Source: Calditrichia bacterium
GTDB taxonomy: Bacteria; Calditrichota; Calditrichia; JAJRVZ01
Assembly (NCBI GenBank): GCA_963796965.1
Contig: CAWCNS010000005.1
Span: 64,001 to 128,000, forward strand
DNA: 64,000 bases
Direction: 5' to 3'
Shown here: positions 51,894-62,206 of the stretch, piece by piece
How positions within the stretch are numbered: position 1 is the first letter of the stretch
Layout of the letters: each line of letters starts with the position of its first letter
The notes under the pieces: generated by a model
Told to the model about the DNA's origin: nothing
The model's input: the letters and a program-made list of their open reading frames with translations, nothing else
The model's database searches: none
Made by a program: the position numbers and the translations under genes

Positions 51894-51906
51894 TATGAAA
51901 AGACAA

Positions 51907-52165
51907 ACACAAAGTTCTCAAAGTTGGCACAAAGGTCACAAAGTTTAAAAGTAATTAGAAATGCTGAATTATGAATGATGAGTTTAATAAAGGAAAAATT
52001 CAAACATTTACTAAATAGTCCTCATTATTTTTGGATTTTTAAACGTTCATGTTTTTTCGTATTGATCATGGAATCCTAAGATTTTAATTTTCTATCTAGT
52101 TCATAGATGAAATAAAAACTTTATCAACTCTGTGAACTTTGTGCCTTCTTTGAGTCCTTTGTGGT
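51907..52165. repeat. Inverted-repeat element with CACAAAG-type ends
   Basis: ACACAAAGTTCTCAAAGTTGGCACAAAGGTCACAAAG ... CTCTGTGAACTTTGTGCCTTCTTTGAGTCCTTTGTGGT. Confidence 0.75.
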
Positions 52166-52231
52166 AAAAAATAGCGATTTTGCAGAAATAAAATATTAGA
52201 TATTTGATGAAAATGAAAATGGAAATCAAGA

Positions 52232-53534
52232 ATGAATTGGAAAGAAGAATATAAACACTTTTTATGGATTCTGGGATTCTTTTTATTTGCCTATTTTATG
52301 CCCCTTGGTGATGAAAGATTTGACTCAGCCTTATACGAAGCATTTGCCCTGGTTAAATGGTATGCACGCGAACATGTTATTCTTTGCCTTATACCGGCTT
52401 TTTTTATTGCCGGGGTGATAGCCGTATTTATCAGCCAGGCAGCCGTAATTAAATACTTTGGGGCCAATGCTAAAAAGTGGTTATCCTATGCGGTGGCCTC
52501 TGTTTCAGGATCAATATTGGCTGTGTGTTCCTGTACGATACTACCTCTTTTTGCTGGAATTTACAAACGCGGTGCCGGGTTAGGCCCGGCCATCGCATTT
52601 CTTTATTCAGGTCCTGCAATCAGTATCCTGTCCATTATTCTGACAGCACGGATTCTTGGTCTGGAATTGGGTATTGCCCGTATTATTGGGGCAATCGTAT
52701 TTGCGGTACTAATAGGCTTAATTATGCACTTTATATATCGAAAAGAAGAATCTGCCAAAGCTGAAGCACAAATTGCGCTACCGGAACCGGAAGAAACGCA
52801 TCCTCTTTGGCAAACCGCTTTTCACTTCTTTATACTGGTCCTTATTTTAATTTTTGCTACCTGGGGTAAGCCAGACACGACTGATGGCATTTGGTTTTCT
52901 ATATATAGTCAGAAATGGGCTATTACTTCAATTCTTGGGGTATTGTTTGTCGGGTCTCTGATATTTATCCTGAATCTAAATAAATGGATGGTTCTTGGTG
53001 GTGTCATATCGGTCGTCCTTAGTCATATGATATGGCCGGCCAATCCGCTTCTTCCTTTTGTCACCGCTGTTATCGCACTAACTGTAGTTTTATCTTTTAG
53101 CAAAGGTGAATCACAGGAGTGGCTTTCGGAAAGCTGGGGATTTGCCCGGCAGATAATGCCCTTATTGGCTGCCGGCGTATTTTTTGCCGGATTTCTATTA
53201 GGATCGACAGAGGGAGGAAATGGCATTATTCCTAATGAATGGATTGCCTCCCTGGTGGGGGGGAATTCTGTCATGGCCAATTTATTTGCTTCACTTGCCG
53301 GGGCTTTGATGTATTTTGCTACTTTAACAGAGGTACCTATTTTACAGGGGCTAATAAATAGTGGTATGGGAAAAGGACCTGCCCTGGCCCTGTTATTAGC
53401 CGGGCCGGCCATATCATTGCCTAATATGTTGGTTATCCGGGGCATCATCGGCACCCAAAAAACGATGGTGTATGTCATTGTTAGTGGTGATTATGGCGAC
53501 ATTAAGTGGTTTGATTTATGGCGCGTTTTTTTAG
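52232..53534 (+). CDS. arsP: ArsP/DUF318-family permease (frameshift in the last helix)
   Basis: LAVCSCTILP, FLYSGPAI, YFATLTEVP and LLAGPAISLP motifs; corrected end ...IYGAFF*. Confidence 0.8.
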
Positions 53535-54033
53535 ACAGGATCACAGGATTTACGGATTATTTTTCATATTTTGGTATAGATATTGCATTTTAATTAGTTA
53601 TGGAATATGAAGAAATAACAAAAAAAGTTATTGGGTTGTGCTTTTCGGGTTTATAATAAAATGGGCTCTGGTTATCTTCGAATCAGTATATGAACATTGC
53701 ATGGCTATCGAGTTGAATAAGGTGGGATTGAACTTCAAAGACAACAACCGATAAAAGTTAGATATGAAAATCAGATTGTCGGGGATTTTGTTGCTGATAT
53801 CATTGTGGAGGATATGATTATAGTTGAATTAAAAGCAGTTAAACAGATTACTAAAATTCATGAATCACAGTTGGTAAACTATTTGGTATCGACAGGTAAA
53901 GATATTGGATTATTAATAAATTTTGGGAGGAGGGAGTACAAATTAAAAGAAAATTTAGGACAATTATCGAGAGGTTAAATGTAATTGAATCCTGTAAATC
54001 CTGCCTGCCCCTTCGGGGTGATCCTGTCTAAAA
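53529..54033 (+). mobile_element. GxxExxY gene cassette bounded by perfect 16-bp inverted repeats
   Basis: TTTTAGACAGGATCAC (53529-53544) and GTGATCCTGTCTAAAA (54018-54033). Confidence 0.65.
53600..53978 (+). CDS. GxxExxY protein (PD-(D/E)xK-like), several frameshifts; end approximate
   Basis: Reconstructed by hand, absent from the ORF track: MEYEEITKKVIG.AFRVYNKMGSGYLESVYE...FVADIIVEDMIIVELKAV...QLVNYL...GLLINFG. Confidence 0.85.
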
Positions 54034-54045
54034 TAAGGAACTAAA

Positions 54046-54504
54046 ATGAAAATTTTGATCTTATGTACCGGGAATTCATGCCGGAGTCAGATGGCCGAAG
54101 GTTTTTTGCGACATTTTGATGATAAATTGCATGTCCGTTCTGCGGGAACAAATCCATCAGGTCAGGTTCATCCAAAAGCGGTTCAGGTGATGTTGGAATC
54201 GGGAATCGATATTAGCGATGGCCGCCCGGAAGATGTTGCAACTTATCTCAATGAAGAATGGGATTATGTCATTACTGTCTGTGGTAATGCAAAAGAAACA
54301 TGTCCTGTATTTATTGGAAAGGTAAAGCATCACCTGCATATCGGTTTTGAAGATCCAGCGGATGCAACCGGTTCTGAAGAAGAAGTCCTTGCTGTTTTTA
54401 GACAGGTGCGGAAGGAGATTAAGAAAGACTTTTATCAATTTTATAAAAATGAATTGACAGGATCACCCCGAAGGGGCAGGCAGGATAAACAGGATCATAT
54501 ATAA
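54046..54504 (+). CDS. arsC: Thioredoxin-coupled arsenate reductase
   Basis: CTGNSCRSQMAE P-loop, ITVCGNAKETCP and FEDP motifs. Confidence 0.93.
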   Translation: MKILILCTGNSCRSQMAEGFLRHFDDKLHVRSAGTNPSGQVHPKAVQVMLESGIDISDGRPEDVATYLNEEWDYVITVCGNAKETCPVFIGKVKHHLHIGFEDPADATGSEEEVLAVFRQVRKEIKKDFYQFYKNELTGSPRRGRQDKQDHI

Positions 54505-54588
54505 AATAAAAAATCATAAAAAAATCATCTCTTATATAATAAATAAAATCATGTAAATCTTGCTTCCCCTTCGGGTGATCCTGTCAAT
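54453..54588. mobile_element. Empty (MITE-like) copy of the GxxExxY cassette ends
   Basis: ATTGACAGGATCACCC / GGGTGATCCTGTCAAT perfect 16-bp inverted repeat around a short AT-rich core. Confidence 0.7.
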
Positions 54589-54603
54589 AAAAAGGAGAAA
54601 AAG

Positions 54604-54852
54604 GTGTTAAATATAAAAGTTGTGGGTAGTGGATGTGCCACGTGTTCCAAATTAGAGCAGTTATGTCGTGAGGTTGTCACCGAACAAAATATTCCGGCGG
54701 AAATTGAAAAAATCACTGATATAAATACCTTCGCCGATCTTGGTATTATGATAACCCCGGGATTATTGCTGAACAACAAAGTCGTGAGCAGCGGAAAATT
54801 ACCTGCTAAAGAGACATTAGAACTTTGGATTAAAGAAGCGGACAGTATCTAA
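54604..54852 (+). CDS. Small thioredoxin-fold redox protein
   Basis: IKVVGSGCATC and GIMITPGL motifs. Confidence 0.85.
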   Translation: MLNIKVVGSGCATCSKLEQLCREVVTEQNIPAEIEKITDINTFADLGIMITPGLLLNNKVVSSGKLPAKETLELWIKEADSI

Positions 54853-55179
54853 TGACGTCCGATAAAAGAACGATTGTCGAGATCCAGTATTTCCATGGTT
54901 GTCCGCATGCGGATGAAATGATTAAACGTGTTCGGGAAGCGATAGAAATATCAGAGGTGGATATAGAATACAAGGAAATACTTGTTGATACACCAGAAAA
55001 AGCAGAACTACACAAATTCAGGGGTTCTCCTACTGTATTAGTCAATGGTGGTGATTTAGAGGGATTGCCGACACCTGAATCTGGTTCTGGCCTGTCGGTA
55101 TTACAAAAATGGTATTCCTACCCTTCAATCTATAATTAATTTCATTAAACTGCGGCAAAGAAAGAAAGGTAAATTATGA
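54852..55179 (+). CDS. DUF2703-like thioredoxin-fold protein (frameshift near 55085)
   Basis: YFHGCPH and [11 protein letters not shown]; the alternate frame LACRYY... ends in an ATGA overlap with acr3. Confidence 0.7.
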
Positions 55180-56262
55180 GTCAGATTTCTAAAAAACTTA
55201 GTTTTCTTGATCGTTATTTAACCTTGTGGATTTTTCTGGCCATGTTTATTGGTGTATTTGCAGGATATATCTATCCACAGGTCGTTGACTTCTGGAATTT
55301 GTTTCAGGTCGGTACTACCAATATCCCAATTGCTATTGGCCTCATTCTCATGATGTATCCCCCCCTGGCAAAGGTGAGATATGAGGAACTGGGCGAAGTT
55401 TTTCGGAACTGGAAAGTTCTCGCACTCTCGCTTGTGCAAAACTGGATTATCGGTCCGGTCTTGATGTTTTTTCTGGCGATCATCTTTTTAAGCGGTTATC
55501 CGGAATACATGTATGGGCTGATTTTGATCGGTCTGGCCCGCTGTATTGCCATGGTGATTGTTTGGAACGAGTTGGCAAAAGGGGATACCGAATATGCAGC
55601 CGGTCTGGTGGCTTTTAATTCTATTTTCCAGGTGCTGTTTTTTTCAGTTTATGCTTATGTCTTTATCACTATTCTGCCGACCTGGTTTGGATTGGAAGGT
55701 ACAGCGGTAGATATTACGATTGGGCAGATTGCTGAAAGCGTATTTATTTATCTGGGCATTCCATTTATTGCCGGGATTATCACCCGCTTTTCATTAATTA
55801 AAATTAAAAATAAAGAATGGTACCATACAAAGTTCATTCCCAAAATTAGCCCGATTACATTAATCGCTCTTATTATTTACTATTCTGGTTATGTTTTCCT
55901 TAAAGGGAGAATATATTGTTCAATTGCCATTTGATGTGGTGCGGATTGCAATCCCCTTGCTTATCTATTTTGTGGTGATGTTTTTGTTATCCTTTTATAT
56001 GGGTAGAAAGGTTGGTGCCGATTATCCAAAATCAGCAACACTTTCTTTCACGGCAGCCAGTAATAATTTCGAATTGGCCATTGCCGTGGCTGTGGCTGTT
56101 TTTGGTATTAATTCAGGTGAGGCATTTGCGGCTGTCATTGGACCTTTGGTCGAAGTTCCGGTGTTAATAAGTCTGGTCAATGTAGCGCTATGGTTTCAAA
56201 AGAAATATTTTAAGTTTGAAGATAGAGACGTGGTGGTTGAAGCTACGGATATTGTCCATTAA
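55176..56262 (+). CDS. acr3: Arsenite efflux transporter Acr3 (frameshift near 55875)
   Basis: [41 protein letters not shown] and GPLVEVP motifs. Confidence 0.93.
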
Positions 56263-56495
56263 TGTAATTAGAAATTAATGAGAAAAGATCTTTCCGTACT
56301 ATTTAATGTGAAATATCACACAATGTGGAGACTTTTTTGAGTGTGATCGCTGTGGCTACTTGTGATCCAAATACGAAACAGGAAATCTCTAACTAAGTGG
56401 TTATCTAAAAGTATTCAATCGATATCCAACGGAAATCTAATTGAATTCCGTCAGATAATTATTAATCCTTTCATAATAAACAAAGGAGATTTATT

Positions 56496-57179
56496 ATGTC
56501 AAAAAGTATTGGACGAAGAAAATTTGTGCAAACGGCTGGAGTGGCTGCATTGGCTGGTTTGACATCAGAAGCGCTATATGCAGACAATGGGAAATCATTA
56601 ATTATTGGTATATCTTGTAGTCCACGAAAGGGTAAAACCACGGCGACTGCCGTGCAAGTCGCACTTGATGCAGCAAAAAGTTCCGATCCAAATATTGTGG
56701 TTGAAATGATTGACCTTGGCGGCATGGAAATCTCAGGATGGAAGCCTCCGGTTACGGGACAGAAGCATACCGATGATTTTGATTTAATTTTGCCTTTGTT
56801 AAAATCTGGGAACTTGAAGGGAATTATTATCGGATCTCCTGTTTATTTTCGCAATATGAGTTCATTATGTGCTGCTTTTCTGGAACGGCTTGCTGTACTA
56901 AGAAAGCCGAAGTTGCTTCTCGCAAATAAAGCAGTTGGTGTATTATCGGTAGGGGCATATCGTAATGGTGGGCAAGAATTGGTAATACAGCAAATCCAAA
57001 CCGCCATGTTGTGTCATGAATCTGTCATTGTCGGAGGAAAACCAGGAGCCCATCAGGGAGCAACGCTGTGGAATACATATAATGATGATATCATAAAAGA
57101 TGAATTTGGAATCGGAAGTGCCAAAAAACTGGGTGAGCGGGTAGCAGAAGCATCCCTTCTTTTCAATTCAGAAAACTAA
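56496..57179 (+). CDS. Tat-signal flavodoxin / NADPH-dependent FMN reductase family protein
   Basis: GRRKFVQ Tat motif; SCSPRKGKTT, GSPVYF and RNGGQE motifs. Confidence 0.8.
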   Translation: MSKSIGRRKFVQTAGVAALAGLTSEALYADNGKSLIIGISCSPRKGKTTATAVQVALDAAKSSDPNIVVEMIDLGGMEISGWKPPVTGQKHTDDFDLILPLLKSGNLKGIIIGSPVYFRNMSSLCAAFLERLAVLRKPKLLLANKAVGVLSVGAYRNGGQELVIQQIQTAMLCHESVIVGGKPGAHQGATLWNTYNDDIIKDEFGIGSAKKLGERVAEASLLFNSEN

Positions 57180-57350
57180 ATATATTGATCTGTAAAATCT
57201 AAAATATTTTACATACAACTATAGGTGGGGAGGAAAGGATTTTTAAAGAGAAATCATAATGAATATGGTGTTTGATGACTCTGAATTAGATGGTAGTATT
57301 GGAAATACAATCATCATATGTGACCTAATAAGTATAGAAAAGGAATCAAT

Positions 57351-57587
57351 ATGAACGTGAAAGTTCTCGGTGCAGGCTGCACTAAATGTAAAACACTTGA
57401 AAAACGCCTGCTTGATTTGAAAGAAAAATATCAATTGGATATCGAAATAGAAAAAGTAACCCAATTAAATGACATCATGGCCTATGGCGTTATGATGACC
57501 CCTGCTTTAGTGATTAATGATGAAATAAAAAGTACCGGGAAAATTCCCAGGGATGAAGAATTATTAAAATGGTTGAAGGAGGCCTGA
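57351..57587 (+). CDS. Small thioredoxin-fold redox protein
   Basis: VKVLGAGCTKC and YGVMMTPALVIN motifs. Confidence 0.88.
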   Translation: MNVKVLGAGCTKCKTLEKRLLDLKEKYQLDIEIEKVTQLNDIMAYGVMMTPALVINDEIKSTGKIPRDEELLKWLKEA

Positions 57588-57588
57588 A

Positions 57589-58098
57589 TTGATTAGAATT
57601 ATATTAACATTAATCAGCATTTTTGTTTTTGTTGCAAATTTTACTTCCTGTCAAGAAAATGAAAATAAAGTCCATGCATCGTCGGGTGCAGGTGAAGATT
57701 GCGGTTCTATGAAAGGAAATACTGTGGCATGTGCAGGTTGTCCATCTAATAAAGCAGAGGCGATTGCTGTAGGTGAAGAATCAGGTGAAAAAACTGGGAA
57801 ATCCCTTATCACGTTTGTTGAATTAGGATCTGTAAACTGCATCCCATGCAAACAAATGCAGCCTGTGATGAAAGCAATTGAAGACAAATATGGTGATCAG
57901 ATAGAAGTTGTATTTTATGATGTTTGGAAACCTGAAGAAAGCAAATATGCTGAAGAATACGGTATTCGATTGATCCCAACACAGGTTTTCTTAGATAAAG
58001 AAGGTAAAGAATTATTCCGTCATGAAGGATTTTTTCCTGAAGAATCAATTGACAAATTTCTCAGAGAACAGGGATTATCTCCAAACGAAAAAAGTTGA
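57589..58098 (+). CDS. Thioredoxin-family lipoprotein
   Basis: FTSC lipobox-like; CIPCKQM and IPTQVF...RHEGF motifs. Confidence 0.8.
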   Translation: MIRIILTLISIFVFVANFTSCQENENKVHASSGAGEDCGSMKGNTVACAGCPSNKAEAIAVGEESGEKTGKSLITFVELGSVNCIPCKQMQPVMKAIEDKYGDQIEVVFYDVWKPEESKYAEEYGIRLIPTQVFLDKEGKELFRHEGFFPEESIDKFLREQGLSPNEKS

Positions 58099-58103
58099 CT
58101 CCC

Positions 58104-58805
58104 ATGATTGAAGAAATCTTTACAAAATTAACCTTGGCTCTAAATGGCAGTTTCTCCCTGGCACTTGCTGCTGCATTTACCTGGGGTGTGCTCAGTATTA
58201 TATTGAGCCCCTGCCATCTTTCCAGTATACCGTTGGTGATAGGATACATCAGTACCCACGGACAGATAAAACTAAAACGGTCTTTTTATCTCGCGCTGGT
58301 ATTTGCTGTCGGTATATTAATAACCATCGCAGTAATTGGTCTGATCACTGTATCAATGGGCCGGTTGATGGGCGATGTGGGACGATGGGGCAACTATCTG
58401 GTGGCTGCCATTTTCGTTTTGATAGGTCTTTATCTGATGGATATCATCCGCTGGGATTGGGGCAGACTGCAAATTGGGCAAAATAAACATAGGGGATTTT
58501 GGGGTGCTTTTGTTTTGGGGCTGATATTTGGTATTGGACTAGGCCCCTGCACTTTTGCATTTCTTGCGCCGGTTCTGGGAATTGTATTTCAAACATCCTC
58601 CAAAGATTTGGTTCAAGGAATATTACTCATCTCAGCATTTGGGTCGGGGCATTGTGCGGTGATTGTTACCGCAGGTAGTTTAACCAATCTGGTACAAAAA
58701 TATTTAAACTGGACAGAGGGCTCGCCGGCAATTTCTATTATCAAGAAAATGACCGGTTTATTTGTCATATTTGCAGGATTTTATTTTTTATATTTATCCC
58801 TCTGA
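58104..58805 (+). CDS. ccdA: CcdA-family disulfide transporter
   Basis: LSPCHL and GPCTF motifs; about 6 TM. Confidence 0.85.
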   Translation: MIEEIFTKLTLALNGSFSLALAAAFTWGVLSIILSPCHLSSIPLVIGYISTHGQIKLKRSFYLALVFAVGILITIAVIGLITVSMGRLMGDVGRWGNYLVAAIFVLIGLYLMDIIRWDWGRLQIGQNKHRGFWGAFVLGLIFGIGLGPCTFAFLAPVLGIVFQTSSKDLVQGILLISAFGSGHCAVIVTAGSLTNLVQKYLNWTEGSPAISIIKKMTGLFVIFAGFYFLYLSL

Positions 58806-58891
58806 CCTAACTTTTTCTGGTAAATGAGATTGTACTGGTTGTGAAAAGTTCGCACCCTCACTGACTGCATATATTGAAAATAAAGGATAAA

Positions 58892-60209
58892 ATGGAAACA
58901 AAAAATTTACTATCCCAGTATGGAATTGACATTTTGGATTCATTGGTCGAAGGCATCTTTATAATTGATAAAGATTTCAGAATTATTTATGTGAATAAAG
59001 TTGCGACAGAAATTATAAAAATAAATGCTGAAGATTTAGTTGGTCGGGTGTGTATTTCTATATGTAAATCAGAGAGATGTCAAATTGGTTGCCCGATCAC
59101 AGAAGTATTAAGATCTAATAGAAAAGTGATAGATCTTGAATCGACTATTCAGGATAGTAGAGGGAAAATCTTACCTATTAAATTAAATGCATCATTGCTC
59201 AAGGGAGATAATGATGAGCCAATTGGTGGCATCATTTCATTTAGAGAAAATTCAAAAGTTAATTTTGATGATTACATCAAAGCCCGAGGCCATTTTTATG
59301 GAATAATTGGTAAATCTGAAAGAATGCGAGAAATATTCAAAACCATTGAGGATATTTCCCGAAGCGATGCGTGTGTTTTAATTTCAGGGGAAACGGGTGT
59401 TGGTAAAGAGATGATCGCTGATGCGATTCAGCAAACAAGTTTTAGAAGACAAAAACCATTTGTTAAGGTTAATTGTGCCGCATTACCAGCCACATTATTA
59501 GCGAGTGAACTTTTTGGGCATGTGAAGGGTGCATTTACCGGTGCAGTCAAAGACCGGATTGGAAGATTTGAATATGCTGATGGGGGAACGATTTTTCTTG
59601 ATGAGATAGCAGAAATGCCCCTCGAGATGCAATCTCAATTATTAAGAATATTACAGGAAGGAACATTTGAGAGACTTGGAGAATCAAAAACAAGGACCAT
59701 CAATGTCAGAATTATAGCCGCATCTAATAAAGACTTGCATCAAGAAATCAATAAACGTTTGTTTAGGAAAGACCTTTATTACAGGCTTAATGTTATTCCA
59801 ATAAATGTTTCCCCTCTGAACGAGCGGAAAGATGATATTATTTTACTTGTCGATCATTTTATTCGTAAATATGCAGACAAATATGATAAGAAAATTAAAA
59901 TAGCGGCAGATGATACTGTTACGGCATTATTGCAATATGATTGGCCTGGAAATGTTCGTGAATTGGAAAATGCCATTGAGTATGCTTTTATAAGGTCAAA
60001 AAGAGATGACTATCTTTGTATCTGCAGTCTTCCTCCCATATTAAGAGGCGATGATAATTGCAAGGATATATTAAGCACAATCGAAATAGAAGCACGACGA
60101 AAAAACAGAAACCATTTTGGCATTATTGCGACAGAATAATTGGAATAAAACCAAAGTTGCTCAAATTCTCGGAATAAATCGCAGTACTATTCACCGTCGT
60201 CTTAAGTGA
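58892..60209 (+). CDS. PAS-domain sigma54 enhancer-binding protein (frameshift before the Fis HTH)
   Basis: PAS domain; [19 protein letters not shown] and [10 protein letters not shown]; the alternate frame gives [24 protein letters not shown]. Confidence 0.92.
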
Positions 60210-60358
60210 ATTGACAAGAATTAAGTGTTGCGGAATGATGCAAATCGTTGCAGTAAAATTAGATTAATTGTAGCAATTTAGTGACGGGTGATGTAAAGTG
60301 TTGCATCTGGTCCTATGCAAACAAATCATAGGGCCCCTCATAAAAACCTCTTCTCTGT

Positions 60359-60373
60359 TGGCATGCTATTTGT
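60359..60373 (+). promoter_or_regulatory. Putative sigma54 -24/-12 promoter
   Basis: TGGCAT-GCTAT-TTGT, near the TGGCAC-N5-TTGC consensus, directly downstream of an enhancer-binding protein gene. Confidence 0.6.
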
Positions 60374-60388
60374 TCATTAATTCACATT

Positions 60389-60859
60389 ATGCGTGAAATG
60401 CTAGCAAGCCAATATTTTATCACACGAAAATATGATATGGCAGCTCTGGAACTGGAAAAAGCCATGTCTGATAATCCTGCAAGTAAATCCATCAAAAAGA
60501 AAATAATCATTTGCTATATTCAGACAAAACAAATTAAAAAAGCATTCGATATTTTCAATGGATTAGTTAAGGACGATCCCTTCTTTATTGTAAATACAGA
60601 TATAGTTGCAGATTATTGCCCCTGTCCTGACCTCATTTATGAATATGAAAATGCCCTTGACGTATCTGAAGATCACACTCACAGGTTGATTTTGGCGATG
60701 CTCTGGTTGTATTGTGATGTGGATGAATCAATTAAATACTTTGAGTTACTCAAAAAAAATTCTCAGCAAATGGGATCAATTCATGAAACTCTAAGCAGAT
60801 TAAATAAGATAAAACAGGAACTAAAACCGGAGAATAATTATGGAAAACAAGAAAGTTAG
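60389..60859 (+). CDS. TPR-like hypothetical protein
   Basis: Helical-repeat pattern (AALELEKAMSDNP); YCPCP motif. Confidence 0.55.
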   Translation: MREMLASQYFITRKYDMAALELEKAMSDNPASKSIKKKIIICYIQTKQIKKAFDIFNGLVKDDPFFIVNTDIVADYCPCPDLIYEYENALDVSEDHTHRLILAMLWLYCDVDESIKYFELLKKNSQQMGSIHETLSRLNKIKQELKPENNYGKQES

Positions 60860-61947
60860 TAGAACAGAGTTTTTGAAAAGTTCTTCCAGGTATGCCATTG
60901 GTGCTGCAGCTGGTGTCGCTGGTTTGAATATGATTGCCGGCAATAAAATAATGGCTCAGGCTGAATTTACGTGGCCTTATCCCTATGCTACGCTTGACCC
61001 TGAAAAAGTCAGAATAAAAGCGCATACATTATATTATAGTGGTAAGGATTGTTGTTCGGGCGCTTTTGGGGGAATTTCTGCATGTTTGTCAGATGAGATT
61101 GGAAACCCATGGACTGATTTTCCAATAGAGGTTATGTTATTTGGCCGGGGTGGTGGTGTTGGCTGGGGATCGATTTGCGGTGCTTTAAATGGAGCAGCCG
61201 CTCTGATTAGTCTGGTCACCGAAAAAGCGCCATCCGGAAGTCTTATAAACGAAGTTTGGGGCTGGTATGGTACTGAAAAACTTCCCACAGATGTGGGTAA
61301 TAAAGCCACTTATGAGATAGTAAATTATGAAGGGGAACTCCCACAAAATGTATCTGGAAGTCCTCTCTGTCACGTATCAGTTTCGCAATGGTGTAATTTG
61401 GCAGATAAGAAAGTTCATGACATAGAACGAAAAGAACGATGTGCAAGGATTGCTGGTGATATTGCTGCCAAAACAGCCGAAGTGCTGAATGCACATTTTG
61501 CAGAGACATTTGTCGGTACTTTTACAGATTCCGATGGTGTTAAGGCATGCCTAAGTTGCCATGGTGGAGCCGGAAAAGATAACGTAATGACACATATGGA
61601 ATGTGCTTCTTGCCATGGAGATCCTCATGCGGTCAATAAAGTAGAACAAGTTAGCAGTATGGTGCCTGAAGAGCATGCCATAATGCAAAATTATCCAAAT
61701 CCATTTAATCCTAATACACAATAATATATCTCTTCCGAATAAGGGTAAAGTGCGGCTGGAGGTTTATAATATAAAAGGTCAATTGGTTAATTCACTTATA
61801 GACTCAGAATTCATGCAGTCTGGTGAATATCAGATTACCTGGGATGGCGCAGATAATACGGGTCAGAAGGTTGCTACGGGCATTTATTTTGCCAGATTAA
61901 CCTCAGATAAATTCATGAAATCAATTAAGATGAATTTGATTAAATAA
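60840..61947 (+). CDS. C-GCAxxG-C-C / split-Soret-like redox protein with two CxxCH motifs and a C-terminal FlgD/T9SS-like sorting domain (frameshift near 61720-61745)
   Basis: SRTEFLK Tat-like motif; DCCSGAFG, GWGSICGALNGA, SPLCHVS and ERCARI; CLSCH and CASCH; QNYPNPFNP...VYNIKGQLV...WDG...GIYFARL. Confidence 0.8.
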
Positions 61948-61998
61948 GGAAAATTTTCCTAAACGAAGTAGTAGATGACTTAGATGAGTGTTATGAAT

Positions 61999-62023
61999 AA
62001 ACCGCCTTTGGGCGGTTTTATTT
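61999..62023 (+). terminator. Intrinsic terminator
   Basis: AAACCGCC-TTTG-GGCGGTTTTATTT. Confidence 0.85.
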
Positions 62024-62206
62024 ATTATAGTGAGTTTGTATAATTACATTATTGATCGTATAGTATAGACATTCGGCAACCAGCTCCTCAGAAATATTAC
62101 ACTTTTAATATTAAGGACTGCTCTGATCATATTTCGATAAATAAACTACTTCATTCTACATTTTTTATTTGATAAGATTTTAATCCAATTATTGCAGGGA
62201 GGATTA

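Noticed and set aside
56362..56562. 66-aa ORF between acr3 and the flavoprotein
   Set aside because: No motif or clear RBS, and it overlaps the next gene out of frame.
60840..61724. Selenocysteine recoding in the C-GCAxxG-C-C protein or the thioredoxins
   Set aside because: Motif positions are ordinary Cys codons, there is no in-frame TGA, and the break is a TAA plus frameshift.
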